From Terriglobia bacterium (lineage in GTDB: Bacteria; Acidobacteriota; Terriglobia; JAJPHL01; JAPKYU01): a stretch of DNA of 64,000 nt. Location of the stretch: positions 672,001-736,000 of the forward strand of contig CBDBKE010000002.1 of the NCBI GenBank assembly GCA_965206645.1. The letters are read 5' to 3'. A model generated the notes under the pieces. It saw only the letters and a list, made by a program, of their open reading frames with translations, was not told where the DNA came from and did no database searches. Below, one piece after another: positions 38,892 through 49,311 of the stretch (position 1 is its first letter; every line of letters starts with the position of its first letter). The position numbers and the translations under genes are program-made.

Positions 38892-39719
38892 TTGCTGCTA
38901 AAAGGCAAGTTCGTCTTGGTTACGGGTGCCAGCCAGGGCATTGGGCACGCGCTGGCGGTGGGGATGGCCGCACGCGGGGCCGCCATGGGAATCAACTATA
39001 AGACGAACCGCCAAGGTGCCGAACAGACGTTGCGCCGTATCGAGCAAGCCGGAGGCAGCGCCGCCATCTTCCAGGCGGACATTGGCGAAAAGCGCCAGGC
39101 CGAGAATATGGTCCATCGGTTTGTGGAACGTTTCGGGCGGATCGACACGCTGGTCAACAACGCCGCCCGAACCCGGCTTGGCCCTCTCCTGGAGGTCACC
39201 GAAGAAGACTGGCTCGATGTAGTCAACACCAATCTAAAAGGCACGTACTTTGCCAGCGCCGCGGCTGTTGGTTATATGCAGGGCGCTCACATGCAGGGCA
39301 GTCATAAGCAGAATGGCGGGGGCGGGTCGATCGTTAACGTCAGTTCCTGCGCGGCCAGTCTGATGGTGCCGTTTCACTCGGTCTACACCATGTCAAAAGG
39401 GGGAGTCGAGGCCCTCACGCGCCAGTTGGCGGTGGAGCTGGCGCCGCGGGTTCGCGTCAACTGTATTTCTCCGGCGCCCACCAGTACAGACCGCAATCGA
39501 GGCTATGATCCGCAATACGACGAGCGCTGGGGGGCAGTCATCCCCATGCAACGCGTGGCCCAGCCGGAGGACATGGTGGGCGCGGTAGCATTCCTGGCCT
39601 CCGAGCACGCCGCGTTTATCACCGGCCAAATTCTGCAAGTGGACGGCGGCTGGACGCTCAAAGGACACACCCCGGATTTGACTCAGGAAGACTTCTCAGC
39701 GGACCGACTGCGTGGCTAG
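38892..39719 (+). CDS. SDR-family oxidoreductase
   Basis: TGASQGIG, NNAA, YTMSK, VDGG. Confidence 0.93.
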   Translation: MLLKGKFVLVTGASQGIGHALAVGMAARGAAMGINYKTNRQGAEQTLRRIEQAGGSAAIFQADIGEKRQAENMVHRFVERFGRIDTLVNNAARTRLGPLLEVTEEDWLDVVNTNLKGTYFASAAAVGYMQGAHMQGSHKQNGGGGSIVNVSSCAASLMVPFHSVYTMSKGGVEALTRQLAVELAPRVRVNCISPAPTSTDRNRGYDPQYDERWGAVIPMQRVAQPEDMVGAVAFLASEHAAFITGQILQVDGGWTLKGHTPDLTQEDFSADRLRG

Positions 39720-39839
39720 ACCCTTGAGGCGCCCGAGCGTGCGACCAATGCCTTTCGAAGGCGGCTTGAGTGGTCGAGAGAGCGCATGCCCCACCCCGGC
39801 CAGGTCAGCCGCATAGTTGCGGGTGTGGATACAAGCGAT

Positions 39840-40913
39840 ATGCCAGAAGCCACGAACCGCCTTCGAGTCCAGCAGCGCCGACAGGCAGCATTGGTGCTGG
39901 CGGTGCTGGTCGTCATCGCGGGGGTGATCTGGGGGATCTACGACACCGTCTTGCTGGTGAGCTTGGTTGGTGCCGCTGGCCTGATATGGTCCAGCCGCGA
40001 GCGGAAAGCCTGGGTACTGGCGGCGCTGATGGTGGCGGCAGGGCTGGGGTGGTCGGCGTGGTGGAGAGGCAGGATTGTTTCCGGAAAGCTTTCTGGGCAT
40101 CTTTCCTACTTGGAATGGAGCGACATCGAGCGGGCCGTTCTTGCCCCTTGCCCGGGGAGGCCGGTCCCATGGGTTGCGGAGAGGACCAAACTGCTTGGAG
40201 AAAAAACCGTGGAGGGGCAGAAGTGGGAGCTTCATGAGACCGAACTCGGCAAGTTCTGGTTGACCGCCCCAGGGAAGGACCTGCTCACGTGGTTGGTATG
40301 GGAGATGAGGGTCCAGAGGATCTACGAGAGCGGAGAGGTGGCCATTCGCCCCGGCGATACGGTGATTGACTGCGGAGCTCACGTGGGGGTGTTCTCGACG
40401 TACGCACTGCGACGTGGGGCAGGTCGCGTCATTGCCATTGAACCGGACCCCGGGAACGTCGCCTGCCTGGAAGCCAACTTGGCGGAGGAGATAACAGCGG
40501 GCCGGGTGAGCGTGGTGAGGGCGGGGGTCTGGGACAAGAATACCCACCCCACGTTTTTTCATTTCGACGAAAATCCGGCTCAGGATAGCTTCTTAAGGAA
40601 ATCAGCGAACGCCAGGAGGCCCGAGCAGGTGCAGGTGTTCCCCCTGGACGAGATCGTCGAACAACTCGAACTGGAGCGAGTGGATTTCATCAAGATGGAT
40701 ATTGAAGGCTCGGAACGCCGCGCGCTTCGAGGGGCTGGGAGGACAATCGCGCGATTCAAGCCGAGGATGGCAATCAGCTCTTAGCACTTGGCGGATGACG
40801 CGAAGGTGATTCTCGCGATCGCCAAAGGGATCGAGCCAAGCTACCAGATTCACGCCAAGGACGTCGAACTGACGCTCAGTAGTGTAGATCCCAAGGTGCT
40901 GTTTCCCCACTGA
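39840..40913 (+). pseudogene. Membrane-anchored FkbM-family methyltransferase with premature TAG at 40782-40784
   Basis: VIDCGAHVGVF, IEPDP, DFIKMDIEGSE. AISS*HLADD (family pattern YH) continues in frame to TGA at 40911-40913. Confidence 0.8.
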
Positions 40914-41043
40914 CCGGCGGCAGGCAGGCCGTCGGTCAGGCCCTTGGGGCTTCCCCGAGTAACTGACGTATATTTTGGCGCTAAGGAGTGGCCCATCGGA
41001 AATTCCAGGTGGGGTCGCTCGGGACCTATCATTGAGGCAATCT

Positions 41044-42054
41044 ATGCGACGAAAAGTCATACTCAAAGCGCTACGAGCAGTTCTGCTCGTGGAATTGCTG
41101 TTCTTGCTGTTCGTTGGGCTGCAGTGGATTTACCCGGGAATGATCTGGTTCTTCATCGGCGGCGCTGGCCATTTGAGAGACCCGCATTGCTCAACCCTCC
41201 AGGCTGTGTGGGCGTCTCGTATCATGAAAGCCGAGGAGGCTGCGGTAAAGAAAATCGCAGCCGAAACCCGACGCGTCGCCGTCGATGGAGACCTGGAGTT
41301 GCTGCAAACACCGGCAGGTCGCTACCTGGTTCCCGGCAATACGTCGGAATCAAAAGCAAGCTCGGGCACCCTCCTTGCAATACTTCTCGCTCAACAGCAG
41401 CGGGGCATTTACGGAGATTCGGAGTGGGGCGTTCGTTCTGGAGATACCGTACTGGACGCCGGTGCACATGTCGGAGTTTTCACCCGGAAGGCGCTTGATT
41501 CCGGCGCGTTGCTGGTTGTCGCCATCGAACCTTCCCCGAAGGCAATCCGCTGCCTCCGACAAAACTTCGCTTCCGAGATTTCGGCCGGGCGGGTCATCGT
41601 TTATCCGAAGGGCGTCTGGAACCGGGACGAGACACTCACCTTCTATTTGAACACCATCACTGGCGCTGGGGACAGCTTCCTCATTGCTGCTGGACAGCCG
41701 TCCACACTCCAAGTTCCGGTAGTTACAGTCGATACCCTGGTGCGCGAACTCCGCCTGCCGCGCGTGGATTTCATCAAGGCCGACATAAAGGGCGCAGCTA
41801 CCCGCATGGTTCAAGGCGCCCGCGAAACTCTGACCGCGTACCGACCAAGGCTTGTTTTTGCAACAGAGGAGGTTGAAGACGACCCCCTCTTGATTGAGGA
41901 GGCAGTGCATCAAGCTTGCCCCGGATGCTACGAGATGAAGTGCGGCCCGTGTCGGGTTGGCGGCTGGCTCTGGGCCATTGGCGGCCACCGCGAAGTCGAC
42001 ATGGAGACGCTTTTCTTCCGGGCTGTGCCGGGCACCTGGCGAGCGGCCCAATGA
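41044..42054 (+). CDS. FkbM-family methyltransferase (paralogue)
   Basis: N-terminal TM, VLDAGAHVGVF, AIEPSP, DFIKADIKG. Confidence 0.88.
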   Translation: MRRKVILKALRAVLLVELLFLLFVGLQWIYPGMIWFFIGGAGHLRDPHCSTLQAVWASRIMKAEEAAVKKIAAETRRVAVDGDLELLQTPAGRYLVPGNTSESKASSGTLLAILLAQQQRGIYGDSEWGVRSGDTVLDAGAHVGVFTRKALDSGALLVVAIEPSPKAIRCLRQNFASEISAGRVIVYPKGVWNRDETLTFYLNTITGAGDSFLIAAGQPSTLQVPVVTVDTLVRELRLPRVDFIKADIKGAATRMVQGARETLTAYRPRLVFATEEVEDDPLLIEEAVHQACPGCYEMKCGPCRVGGWLWAIGGHREVDMETLFFRAVPGTWRAAQ

Positions 42055-42518
42055 ACCGGTAACAGAGGGAGAGGCACCTTGCGCGCTCGAGCAGCGACCG
42101 TACACTTTTCCGAGCCGGAGTAACTCCAAAAACCACAGGTGTCGGGACCCGCGCGAACCAACCCCGCTACCGGATAAACACTCAGAAGGGCTACGCCACC
42201 GGGGGATCAGTGGCGCAGCCAAGGGGTTATGTAGAGATGCACAGAGTCTAGATCGCGCCGGCCTGGGTTGTCAACGGTGCCGGCGTTAGCACCGCTTCCG
42301 CGCGTTTTCAACGGGCACTCTTTCGGTCCACAAGGAGGACGCGGCTGCTTCTTTAGCAAGTTGCACAAGAACTAATGTAGTGACACCTCCCTTGCGGTCG
42401 CTGGTCTGTAACTTGCCCGCACCTCTGGAAGCGGGGAGAGGCGCTAGACTCCCGGCAGTTGCACCGCACCGCAGGAATGATTTGCAGGCCTGCGGGCATT
42501 TCGGTACTTTGTAACGGC

Positions 42519-43943
42519 ATGGAGCAGCAGGCCGAAGGCGCAGTTCCTATAGACCCCTACAGCCTATCGGAAGACGCGGTCCGGGAGCCGCCGACTTCGC
42601 TGCTGCAATCGTTGCGAAGGATCGGCCCCGGGCTGATCCTGGCCGGCTCCATCGTCGGCACCGGAGAGCTGATCGCCACCACACACGTAGGCGCGCAGGC
42701 GGGCTTTGCCCTGCTGTGGCTGGTGATTGTGAGCTGCTTCATCAAGACTTTCGCGCAGATCGAGCTGGCGCGCTACACCATCTCCTCAGGCCTGACCACG
42801 TTCGCCGCGTTTCGGCAACTGCCCGGGCCGGGCTTTCTGCTGTCCTGGTGGTGGCTGGTGATGGCGGTGACAGCCCAAACGCAGGTGGCGGCCATGGTGG
42901 GGGGCATAGGCCAGGCGGTCCACATGGCTGTGCCTGGCCTTTCCTCTGCAATCGCTGAAGGGGTGGGCCTGGCTGCCCGACCCGAGCTGCCCTGGGCCGT
43001 GCTGGTCGCGCTGCTGGTTGCAACGTTGACGGCAGTGGGCAGCTACGGGGTGGTGGAGCGCGGCACCACCCTGCTGGTGGCGATCTTCACGCTGATGACG
43101 GTGGGATGCGTGGCGCTGTTGCCCTGGACGGGCCATTCGTTTGGTTGGCGCGAGATCACCTCCGGCCTTTCCTTTCAGATTCCCTCCCATGCAATCGGGC
43201 CGGCCTTCGCCATGTTTGGCCTTACCGGGGTGGCAGCCTCCGAACTGATCGCCTACCCCTACTTTTGCATCGAGAAAGGCTATGCGCGCCACGTCGGCCC
43301 GCGCAGCACGGATGAGGCCTGGATCCGACGCGCCCGCGGGTGGCTGCGCGTGATGCACTTGGACGCCTTTCTGAGCATGGTCGTGTTCACGGTGGCCACA
43401 GTGGCCTTCTATCTGCTCGGGGCCTCGGTCTTACACCAATACACCGGACCGGAAGGATTGCCGGGTACTGTCAGCGGCATGCTGCAAGTGCTTTCGCAAA
43501 TGTACGTGCCCGTGCTGGGTGAGCGGGTGGCTCTCTGGTTCATTGTGATCGGCGCCTTTTCCGTGCTGTTCTCTAGTTTCTTTGTCTCCACGGCCACCAT
43601 CGGTCGCACCCTGACCGATTTCCTGAAGGTCAACGGCTTTATCCAGCTTGCCCACCCGGGCGACCGGTGGTGGTGGGTTCGCCGCTTCTGCTTCGCGTTC
43701 CCGTTTCTGCATCTCTTCCTATTTGCGTGGGTTTCCAACCCAGTGCAGCTGGTCATCATTGGCGGGTTCGGCCAGGCCCTGACGCTGCCCATGATCGCCG
43801 CCGCTGCCGTCTACATGCGTTACCGCAGAAGCGACCGTCGCCTTACCCCAGGCTTATTGTGGGATGCCTTCCTGTGGCTTTCCCTGCTGTGCTTCTTCGC
43901 CACCGCCTTCTACGGCGTCTGGAACACCTACCAGAAGCTGTAG
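42519..43943 (+). CDS. Nramp-like (APC superfamily) transporter
   Basis: IGPGLILAGSIVGTGELIAT, many TM helices. Confidence 0.85.
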   Translation: MEQQAEGAVPIDPYSLSEDAVREPPTSLLQSLRRIGPGLILAGSIVGTGELIATTHVGAQAGFALLWLVIVSCFIKTFAQIELARYTISSGLTTFAAFRQLPGPGFLLSWWWLVMAVTAQTQVAAMVGGIGQAVHMAVPGLSSAIAEGVGLAARPELPWAVLVALLVATLTAVGSYGVVERGTTLLVAIFTLMTVGCVALLPWTGHSFGWREITSGLSFQIPSHAIGPAFAMFGLTGVAASELIAYPYFCIEKGYARHVGPRSTDEAWIRRARGWLRVMHLDAFLSMVVFTVATVAFYLLGASVLHQYTGPEGLPGTVSGMLQVLSQMYVPVLGERVALWFIVIGAFSVLFSSFFVSTATIGRTLTDFLKVNGFIQLAHPGDRWWWVRRFCFAFPFLHLFLFAWVSNPVQLVIIGGFGQALTLPMIAAAAVYMRYRRSDRRLTPGLLWDAFLWLSLLCFFATAFYGVWNTYQKL

Positions 43944-44293
43944 TGAGCCCAAAGTCCAAAGCCTGGACACTGCGACCTATTGCTCTCAGGGTGGCGGTGC
44001 ACGACCCGCTTTCCCAAAGTGGACATGCAAACCCTCAGGGTGTACTGTTGGCCATTCTCTGCCGAGAGGAGATAGCCATGCCGCCTAGGCCCTTGATTCG
44101 CTCCGTAGGACCAGGAATGGCGCTGCTGGGGCTCAGGCTGCTCGCAATCGGCCTGTTGGAGTTGGAGTCCAACCCGGTCCCTGTTCACAAGTCTAACTCC
44201 CCGGCAAGGATTCCCGGGGAGAGCAAGTTGCAGAACACCGATGGCGCCTAAGCCAAGGAGCACTCCGGCCGTAAGGTCCGGGAAGAAAGAACG

Positions 44294-45244
44294 ATGAATG
44301 TCGAAAATATCAGAAGGTTAGCTGTTATCGGCGCCGGCCTAATGGGGCATGGAATTGCCCAGGAATTTGCGGCGGCGGGGTGTGAGGTCGCCCTTCATGA
44401 TCTAACGGAGGAGAAACTACATCAAGCTCGAGTAAACATTCAGGGCAACCTCGCAATGCTGGCCGATATGGGGTTGGGAGACGCAAAGCAGATTCCGTCG
44501 GTAGCGAGGCGAGTTCATTGCTATACGGATCTCAAGGAGGCGGTCGACAGCGTCCAACTCGTAATTGAATGCGTCTCTGAAGACTTGGCAGTCAAACATC
44601 GGGTCTTTCGCGAGTTAGACGAGTTCTGTCCTCCCGCTGCCATACTGGCAAGTAATACGTCCAGCTTGCTCCCCAGTAGACTGGCATCCGTCACAAAAAG
44701 GCCTGACAGGGTGTTGGTGACACATTACTTCAATCCTCCGTACTTGATCCCGTTCGTGGAGGTGGTTCGAGGTTCTGAAACTGCGGAGGACGTTATCACA
44801 ACCGTCTTTGAGTTACTCAAGAAGGTGGGTAAGAGTCCGGTTATCATGCAGAAGGAAGCTCCTGGCTTTATAGGGAATCGACTCCAGGCAGCCCTTTTTC
44901 GGGAAGCCCTCTCGATGGTGGAACGGGGCATCGCCAGGCCACAGGACGTAGACCTAGCTGTCAAAAACGGCTTTGGCCGGAGGCTGGCCGCTGCGGGAGT
45001 CTTTCAACTTCTTGATATCGCGGGCTGGGACACGGTAGTGGCAGCGAGCGAAAATATCTTCCCGGATATTGAATCTTCCAGGCAAGTATCCGCACTGGTG
45101 GGACAGATGGTCAAGCGCGGGGAGCTCGGAGTGAAAACCGGGAAAGGAATTTACTCATGGACTCCTGAATCGGCCACGACTTTGAAGCTCAGAATTGCAC
45201 AAACTCTCGTCGATGTCGCGAAAAGGGATCCGGATAAGTCGTGA
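44294..45244 (+). CDS. 3-hydroxyacyl-CoA dehydrogenase family
   Basis: GAGLMGHGIA, ILASNTS, HYFNPP, PGFIGNRLQ. Confidence 0.94.
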   Translation: MNVENIRRLAVIGAGLMGHGIAQEFAAAGCEVALHDLTEEKLHQARVNIQGNLAMLADMGLGDAKQIPSVARRVHCYTDLKEAVDSVQLVIECVSEDLAVKHRVFRELDEFCPPAAILASNTSSLLPSRLASVTKRPDRVLVTHYFNPPYLIPFVEVVRGSETAEDVITTVFELLKKVGKSPVIMQKEAPGFIGNRLQAALFREALSMVERGIARPQDVDLAVKNGFGRRLAAAGVFQLLDIAGWDTVVAASENIFPDIESSRQVSALVGQMVKRGELGVKTGKGIYSWTPESATTLKLRIAQTLVDVAKRDPDKS

Positions 45245-45317
45245 CGCAAACACAAACAGGGCGATCTTCGCGAATAAGAGAGGACTACTGAACGGCAGAA
45301 AAGTAATTGGCCGCCCA

Positions 45318-47576
45318 ATGATCCAATATCTTTCGCCGGCTCACTGGCGGCGCCAGAAGTGTCATGGTCGCCGGCTCTGGCTTTTATTCGCTGTCCTGTT
45401 TGCCTACGGAAGTTGCGCACTCGCCAGTGCAACGGGCTTCACGCCGCTGGCGGGGGATATGACGACCTTCGACCCTGCCCAGCAAGTGTTTCCTACCTCA
45501 GGTGATCGGATCAAAGTCGCCGTCTTCTTTCCATTCAGTGGTGCAGCAGCTATCAACGGGCATATCGCCTGGGCGAATATCGGCTGGGCAGTACACGACG
45601 TCAATACACAGGGAGGAATTTGGGTAGATGGTAAGAAGAAGAAAATCCAGCTGATTCGAGCAGACCATCAAGGCAAACCTTCCACGGCGAAGCGGGTCCT
45701 TGAAAGAATGTGTCAAAGGGAACAGGTGGACGTGATTATTGGGACTTCCGGTAGTCATCTCAGCCTCATCGCCCAACAAGTGGCTCTAAAATATAAAACC
45801 ATTTATCTGAATGCTGCCGCTTTGTCCGATATGCTCATGGATGAGCGGAATTTTAACCGTTATACGTTCAGAACCTGTCCTACGACAACAATGCTGGCCA
45901 GAGGGCTAGCACACTTTTACGCTCCTCGGCCTGTCCGGAAATTTTATATCCTCTGCCAGGACTACGTGTACGGCCATGCGTTTGGGGAAGCCTTCAGAAA
46001 GACGCTGCTCGAACAGAAGCCGAATGCTCAGATCGTGGGAGAAGATTATCATCCTCTTTTTGCTAAGGACTACGCGCCCTACCTTGAGAAGGTGCGGGGC
46101 TTCGGGGCAGAGGTAATCATTACGGGCGACTGGCCGCCTGACATTGACAACCTGGTCAAGCAGTCGCGGCAATTGGGCATGCGGACTCCGATAGCAGGGC
46201 CTTTTGCCGATATGCCGACTGCACTGGAAGCCGTCGGTGGGCCGGCTGGAGTGGGTCTGGCCGTGGTGAGCGCCTTCAATACAACTCATCCTCTCGCACA
46301 AGACTTTATGAAGGCCTGGAACAACCAGTGGCAGACGTGGAAAGTGCCTCCTTACACCAGCAGCACGTTCAAGTGGCCAATTGGCATTCCCGCTTTCGAA
46401 ACCATTTCCACTTACTGGTACCTCAATCTGCTTGCCGAGTTAGGCAGTACCGATCCGGAGAAAGTGCTGGGCGCATTTGAAAAGAGCGAATACCAGATAT
46501 TTGGGGTGCAGCTGAAGATGCAGTCCTCAAATCATCAGACAATTATGGACATGGTTGCATCCGAGCTGGTCTTTCCCAATAAATGGCACGAAAACGCCGC
46601 TGGCTGGGGAAAGTTTGTAACCATTCCCGCCGACTCAATCTCGCGGAGCAGACCCCGGGGCGCCGAAGCTGACATTGCGCCGCGACAGGTGGCAAACCAG
46701 AGGTCCAATTGGCCGATGTACCTTTCCCAAGCCATCCATGGGTTGACCTACGGCATGCTGCTCTTCCTCGTCGCTTCTGGCCTGACTTTGATCTTCGGAA
46801 TGATGGGAGTTCTGAACATCGCGCACGCGTCGTTTTTCATGCTGGCCGCCTATCTCTCCTACGAGATGCTCGCTCGGGTCGGGAACTTCTGGTTCGGGCT
46901 ATTAGTGGCTCCTCTGGCCGTAGCCATCCTGGGCGTTCTGATGCAGCGATTCCTGTTAGCAAGAGTTCAGGCCCATGGTCTAGGACACGTGGGCGAGCTA
47001 CTCCTTACCTTTGGAATTGCCCTTCTGATCTCTGCAGCAGTCAAGATGCTCTGGGGCACGGACAGTCTAGTGGTACCGATTCCGGACTCACTGAAAGGAG
47101 TCGTGACGGTTGGAGGAATTCAATATCCAATCTACCGTTTATTCGTTGTTGGGTTGTCCTTTGCCATTCTCGGTTTGCTTGCCTTGCTGGTATTCAAAAC
47201 GCGGTTGGGTACGACCCTGAGGGCCGCTGTTTCGGATGCCAAAATGGTCGGCGCCCTTGGCATCAATATGCGCCTCATTTCCTCGTTGGTCTTCGGGATT
47301 GGGACTTGGATGGCTGGGGTCGCCGGGGTGGCTGCGGCGCCGCTGTTAACCGTTTATCCGGGCATGGCCGAGCAGATGAGCCTGGATGCCTTTGTCGTAG
47401 TGGTGGTTGGAGGGCTGGGAAGCCTGCAGGGGGCCTTCCTCGTTTCCCTTGTCCTGGGTGAATTAAACGCTTACGGAATACAGTTCATTCCTCGTCTGGC
47501 GCCGGTGCTCACGTTCGCCCTGATGGCAATCGTGCTAGCTGGCAGGCCGACGGGACTGTTCGGAGAAAGAAAGTGA
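45318..47576 (+). CDS. Fused branched-chain-amino-acid-type ABC substrate-binding protein plus LivH-like permease
   Basis: PBP1-type periplasmic domain (PFSG, QDYVYG) continues in frame into YGMLLFLVASGLTLIFGMMGVLNIAHA...VVGGLGS. Confidence 0.88.
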   Translation: MIQYLSPAHWRRQKCHGRRLWLLFAVLFAYGSCALASATGFTPLAGDMTTFDPAQQVFPTSGDRIKVAVFFPFSGAAAINGHIAWANIGWAVHDVNTQGGIWVDGKKKKIQLIRADHQGKPSTAKRVLERMCQREQVDVIIGTSGSHLSLIAQQVALKYKTIYLNAAALSDMLMDERNFNRYTFRTCPTTTMLARGLAHFYAPRPVRKFYILCQDYVYGHAFGEAFRKTLLEQKPNAQIVGEDYHPLFAKDYAPYLEKVRGFGAEVIITGDWPPDIDNLVKQSRQLGMRTPIAGPFADMPTALEAVGGPAGVGLAVVSAFNTTHPLAQDFMKAWNNQWQTWKVPPYTSSTFKWPIGIPAFETISTYWYLNLLAELGSTDPEKVLGAFEKSEYQIFGVQLKMQSSNHQTIMDMVASELVFPNKWHENAAGWGKFVTIPADSISRSRPRGAEADIAPRQVANQRSNWPMYLSQAIHGLTYGMLLFLVASGLTLIFGMMGVLNIAHASFFMLAAYLSYEMLARVGNFWFGLLVAPLAVAILGVLMQRFLLARVQAHGLGHVGELLLTFGIALLISAAVKMLWGTDSLVVPIPDSLKGVVTVGGIQYPIYRLFVVGLSFAILGLLALLVFKTRLGTTLRAAVSDAKMVGALGINMRLISSLVFGIGTWMAGVAGVAAAPLLTVYPGMAEQMSLDAFVVVVVGGLGSLQGAFLVSLVLGELNAYGIQFIPRLAPVLTFALMAIVLAGRPTGLFGERK

Positions 47577-48544
47577 AGCGTCACAATCGAATCGCCCTGG
47601 GGGTGATTGGCGTTCTCTGTCTGTTGACGACTCCCCAGTTCCTGAGTGCCGTTCACACCAACATTCTGGTGGAGCTGGCCATCAGTGCGACGTTCGCCGT
47701 AAGTGTGAATCTCCTGTTGAGCTATGCTGGGCTGCTCAGTTTTGGGCACGCTCTTTTTTTCGGGAGCGGCGCTTATGCCACCGCGCTCGCACTGACTCAC
47801 ATCGAGGGTTTAGGCCCAATCACCGCTCTGCTGCTCGGGGGATTGGCCGGGTTTCTGGTCGCTGCACTCTGCAGTCCGTTTCTCGGGCGGATCAGCGGAA
47901 CGGCTTTTGCCATGCTGAGCCTTGCGTTAGGTCAGCTGATGTACGTCATGTGCCTGAAATATAGAGAAGTGACAGGAGGTGAAGACGGAATCGCGGGTTT
48001 CCCTATCCCTCCCTTAGTTGTCCCGGGGATTCTTCGGGTGGAACTGACAAACCCGACCAACTTCTTCTATTTTGCTCTCATCGTTCTTGGCACTAGCATC
48101 GGGCTGATGTGGCACCTGACCAGGACCCCTTTTGGCAGCCTCGTGGTCGGAATCGGAAACAATGCCGAAAGGGTCAGCTACCTGGGGTTTCACGTTTCCT
48201 ACACGAAAGCCGTTCTCGTCATGATTTCTGGAACGTTTGCCGGCGTTGCCGGATCCGTTTTCGCCCTTTTCCAAAATGTGGTCTCCACGGATGGAGTTCT
48301 TCACCTGATGGTGTCCTTCTTTCCTCTCATGGCAATCCTCGTGGGTGGCATCGGAACCTTCGCGGGCCCGATTCTCGGTTCCGGGATTCTGATTCTGGTC
48401 GAGGATTGGAGTAGCCGGCACACAGAACACGTGGAGCTTGTGACCGGCCTAATATTCGTCGTGGTTGTGCTTTTCCTGCCTTCGGGACTGGGTGGTTTGG
48501 CAAAAATACTCAGGCGAAGATCACTCACTGCTTCCCCGGAGTAG
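47573..48544 (+). CDS. livM: Branched-chain ABC permease (LivM-like)
   Basis: GLLSFGHALFFG, TGGEDG, GGIGTFAGP. Confidence 0.9.
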   Translation: MKRHNRIALGVIGVLCLLTTPQFLSAVHTNILVELAISATFAVSVNLLLSYAGLLSFGHALFFGSGAYATALALTHIEGLGPITALLLGGLAGFLVAALCSPFLGRISGTAFAMLSLALGQLMYVMCLKYREVTGGEDGIAGFPIPPLVVPGILRVELTNPTNFFYFALIVLGTSIGLMWHLTRTPFGSLVVGIGNNAERVSYLGFHVSYTKAVLVMISGTFAGVAGSVFALFQNVVSTDGVLHLMVSFFPLMAILVGGIGTFAGPILGSGILILVEDWSSRHTEHVELVTGLIFVVVVLFLPSGLGGLAKILRRRSLTASPE

Positions 48545-48564
48545 ATCACGGAGTCAGGTTCTCA

Positions 48565-49311
48565 GTGAACATCCTCGAGACCAAAGATCTACATCACGAT
48601 TTCGAGGGATTGAAAGTCCTTTCTGGAGTGAACCTGCAGGTCAAGCAAGGGGAACGTCACGCCATCATCGGACCCAACGGTGCGGGAAAGACGACTCTCT
48701 TTAATATTATTGCCGGTGCCTTTCGACCACGCGGTGGGCGCGTGTTCTACAAGGGTAGCGACATCACGGGCTTCAAACCTCATAGACTTGCACGGCTCGG
48801 GATTAGCCGGTCGTTCCAAATCACGAGTACTTTTCCGCGCCTGACGACCTTTCACAACATGCGAATGGCGATTCTGTCCAATCACGGGATGCGCTTCAAC
48901 TTTCACCGAAAGGTGGACGAAATCCCAGCGGTGTCAGGGGCAACCCATGACGCGCTAAGACGCATTGACCTCGACGGGGACTCCGACCAACAAGCCGGCA
49001 TGCTTTCTTATGGGAAGAGCCGCGCCCTCGAGGTCGGCCTGGCCGTGTTTACCAACACAGAGTTGGCCTTGCTCGACGAACCGACAGCCGGCATGTCAAA
49101 AGAAGAAACGGTTCGCAGTATCGACCTGATTAGACAGTTGACCGCCGGGAAGACCGTCATCATCGTGGAGCACGACATGGACGTGGTCTTTTCCCTCGCC
49201 GATCGGGTCACCGTGCTCCACTACGGCTCGATTCTGGCGTCGGGAAGCCCGAAGGAGGTTCGGGAGGACCCACGGGTCAAAGAGGCCTATCTCGGTCACG
49301 ACCAGGCTTGA
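48565..49311 (+). CDS. livG: Branched-chain ABC ATPase (LivG-like)
   Basis: GPNGAGKTT, RSFQ, LSYG, DEPTAG, VEHDMD, V.EAYLG. Confidence 0.92.
   Translation: MNILETKDLHHDFEGLKVLSGVNLQVKQGERHAIIGPNGAGKTTLFNIIAGAFRPRGGRVFYKGSDITGFKPHRLARLGISRSFQITSTFPRLTTFHNMRMAILSNHGMRFNFHRKVDEIPAVSGATHDALRRIDLDGDSDQQAGMLSYGKSRALEVGLAVFTNTELALLDEPTAGMSKEETVRSIDLIRQLTAGKTVIIVEHDMDVVFSLADRVTVLHYGSILASGSPKEVREDPRVKEAYLGHDQA

Noticed and set aside
43928-44263. Minus-strand 111-aa ORF between the transporter and dehydrogenase genes
   Set aside because: No recognisable domain or start signals, likely non-coding.
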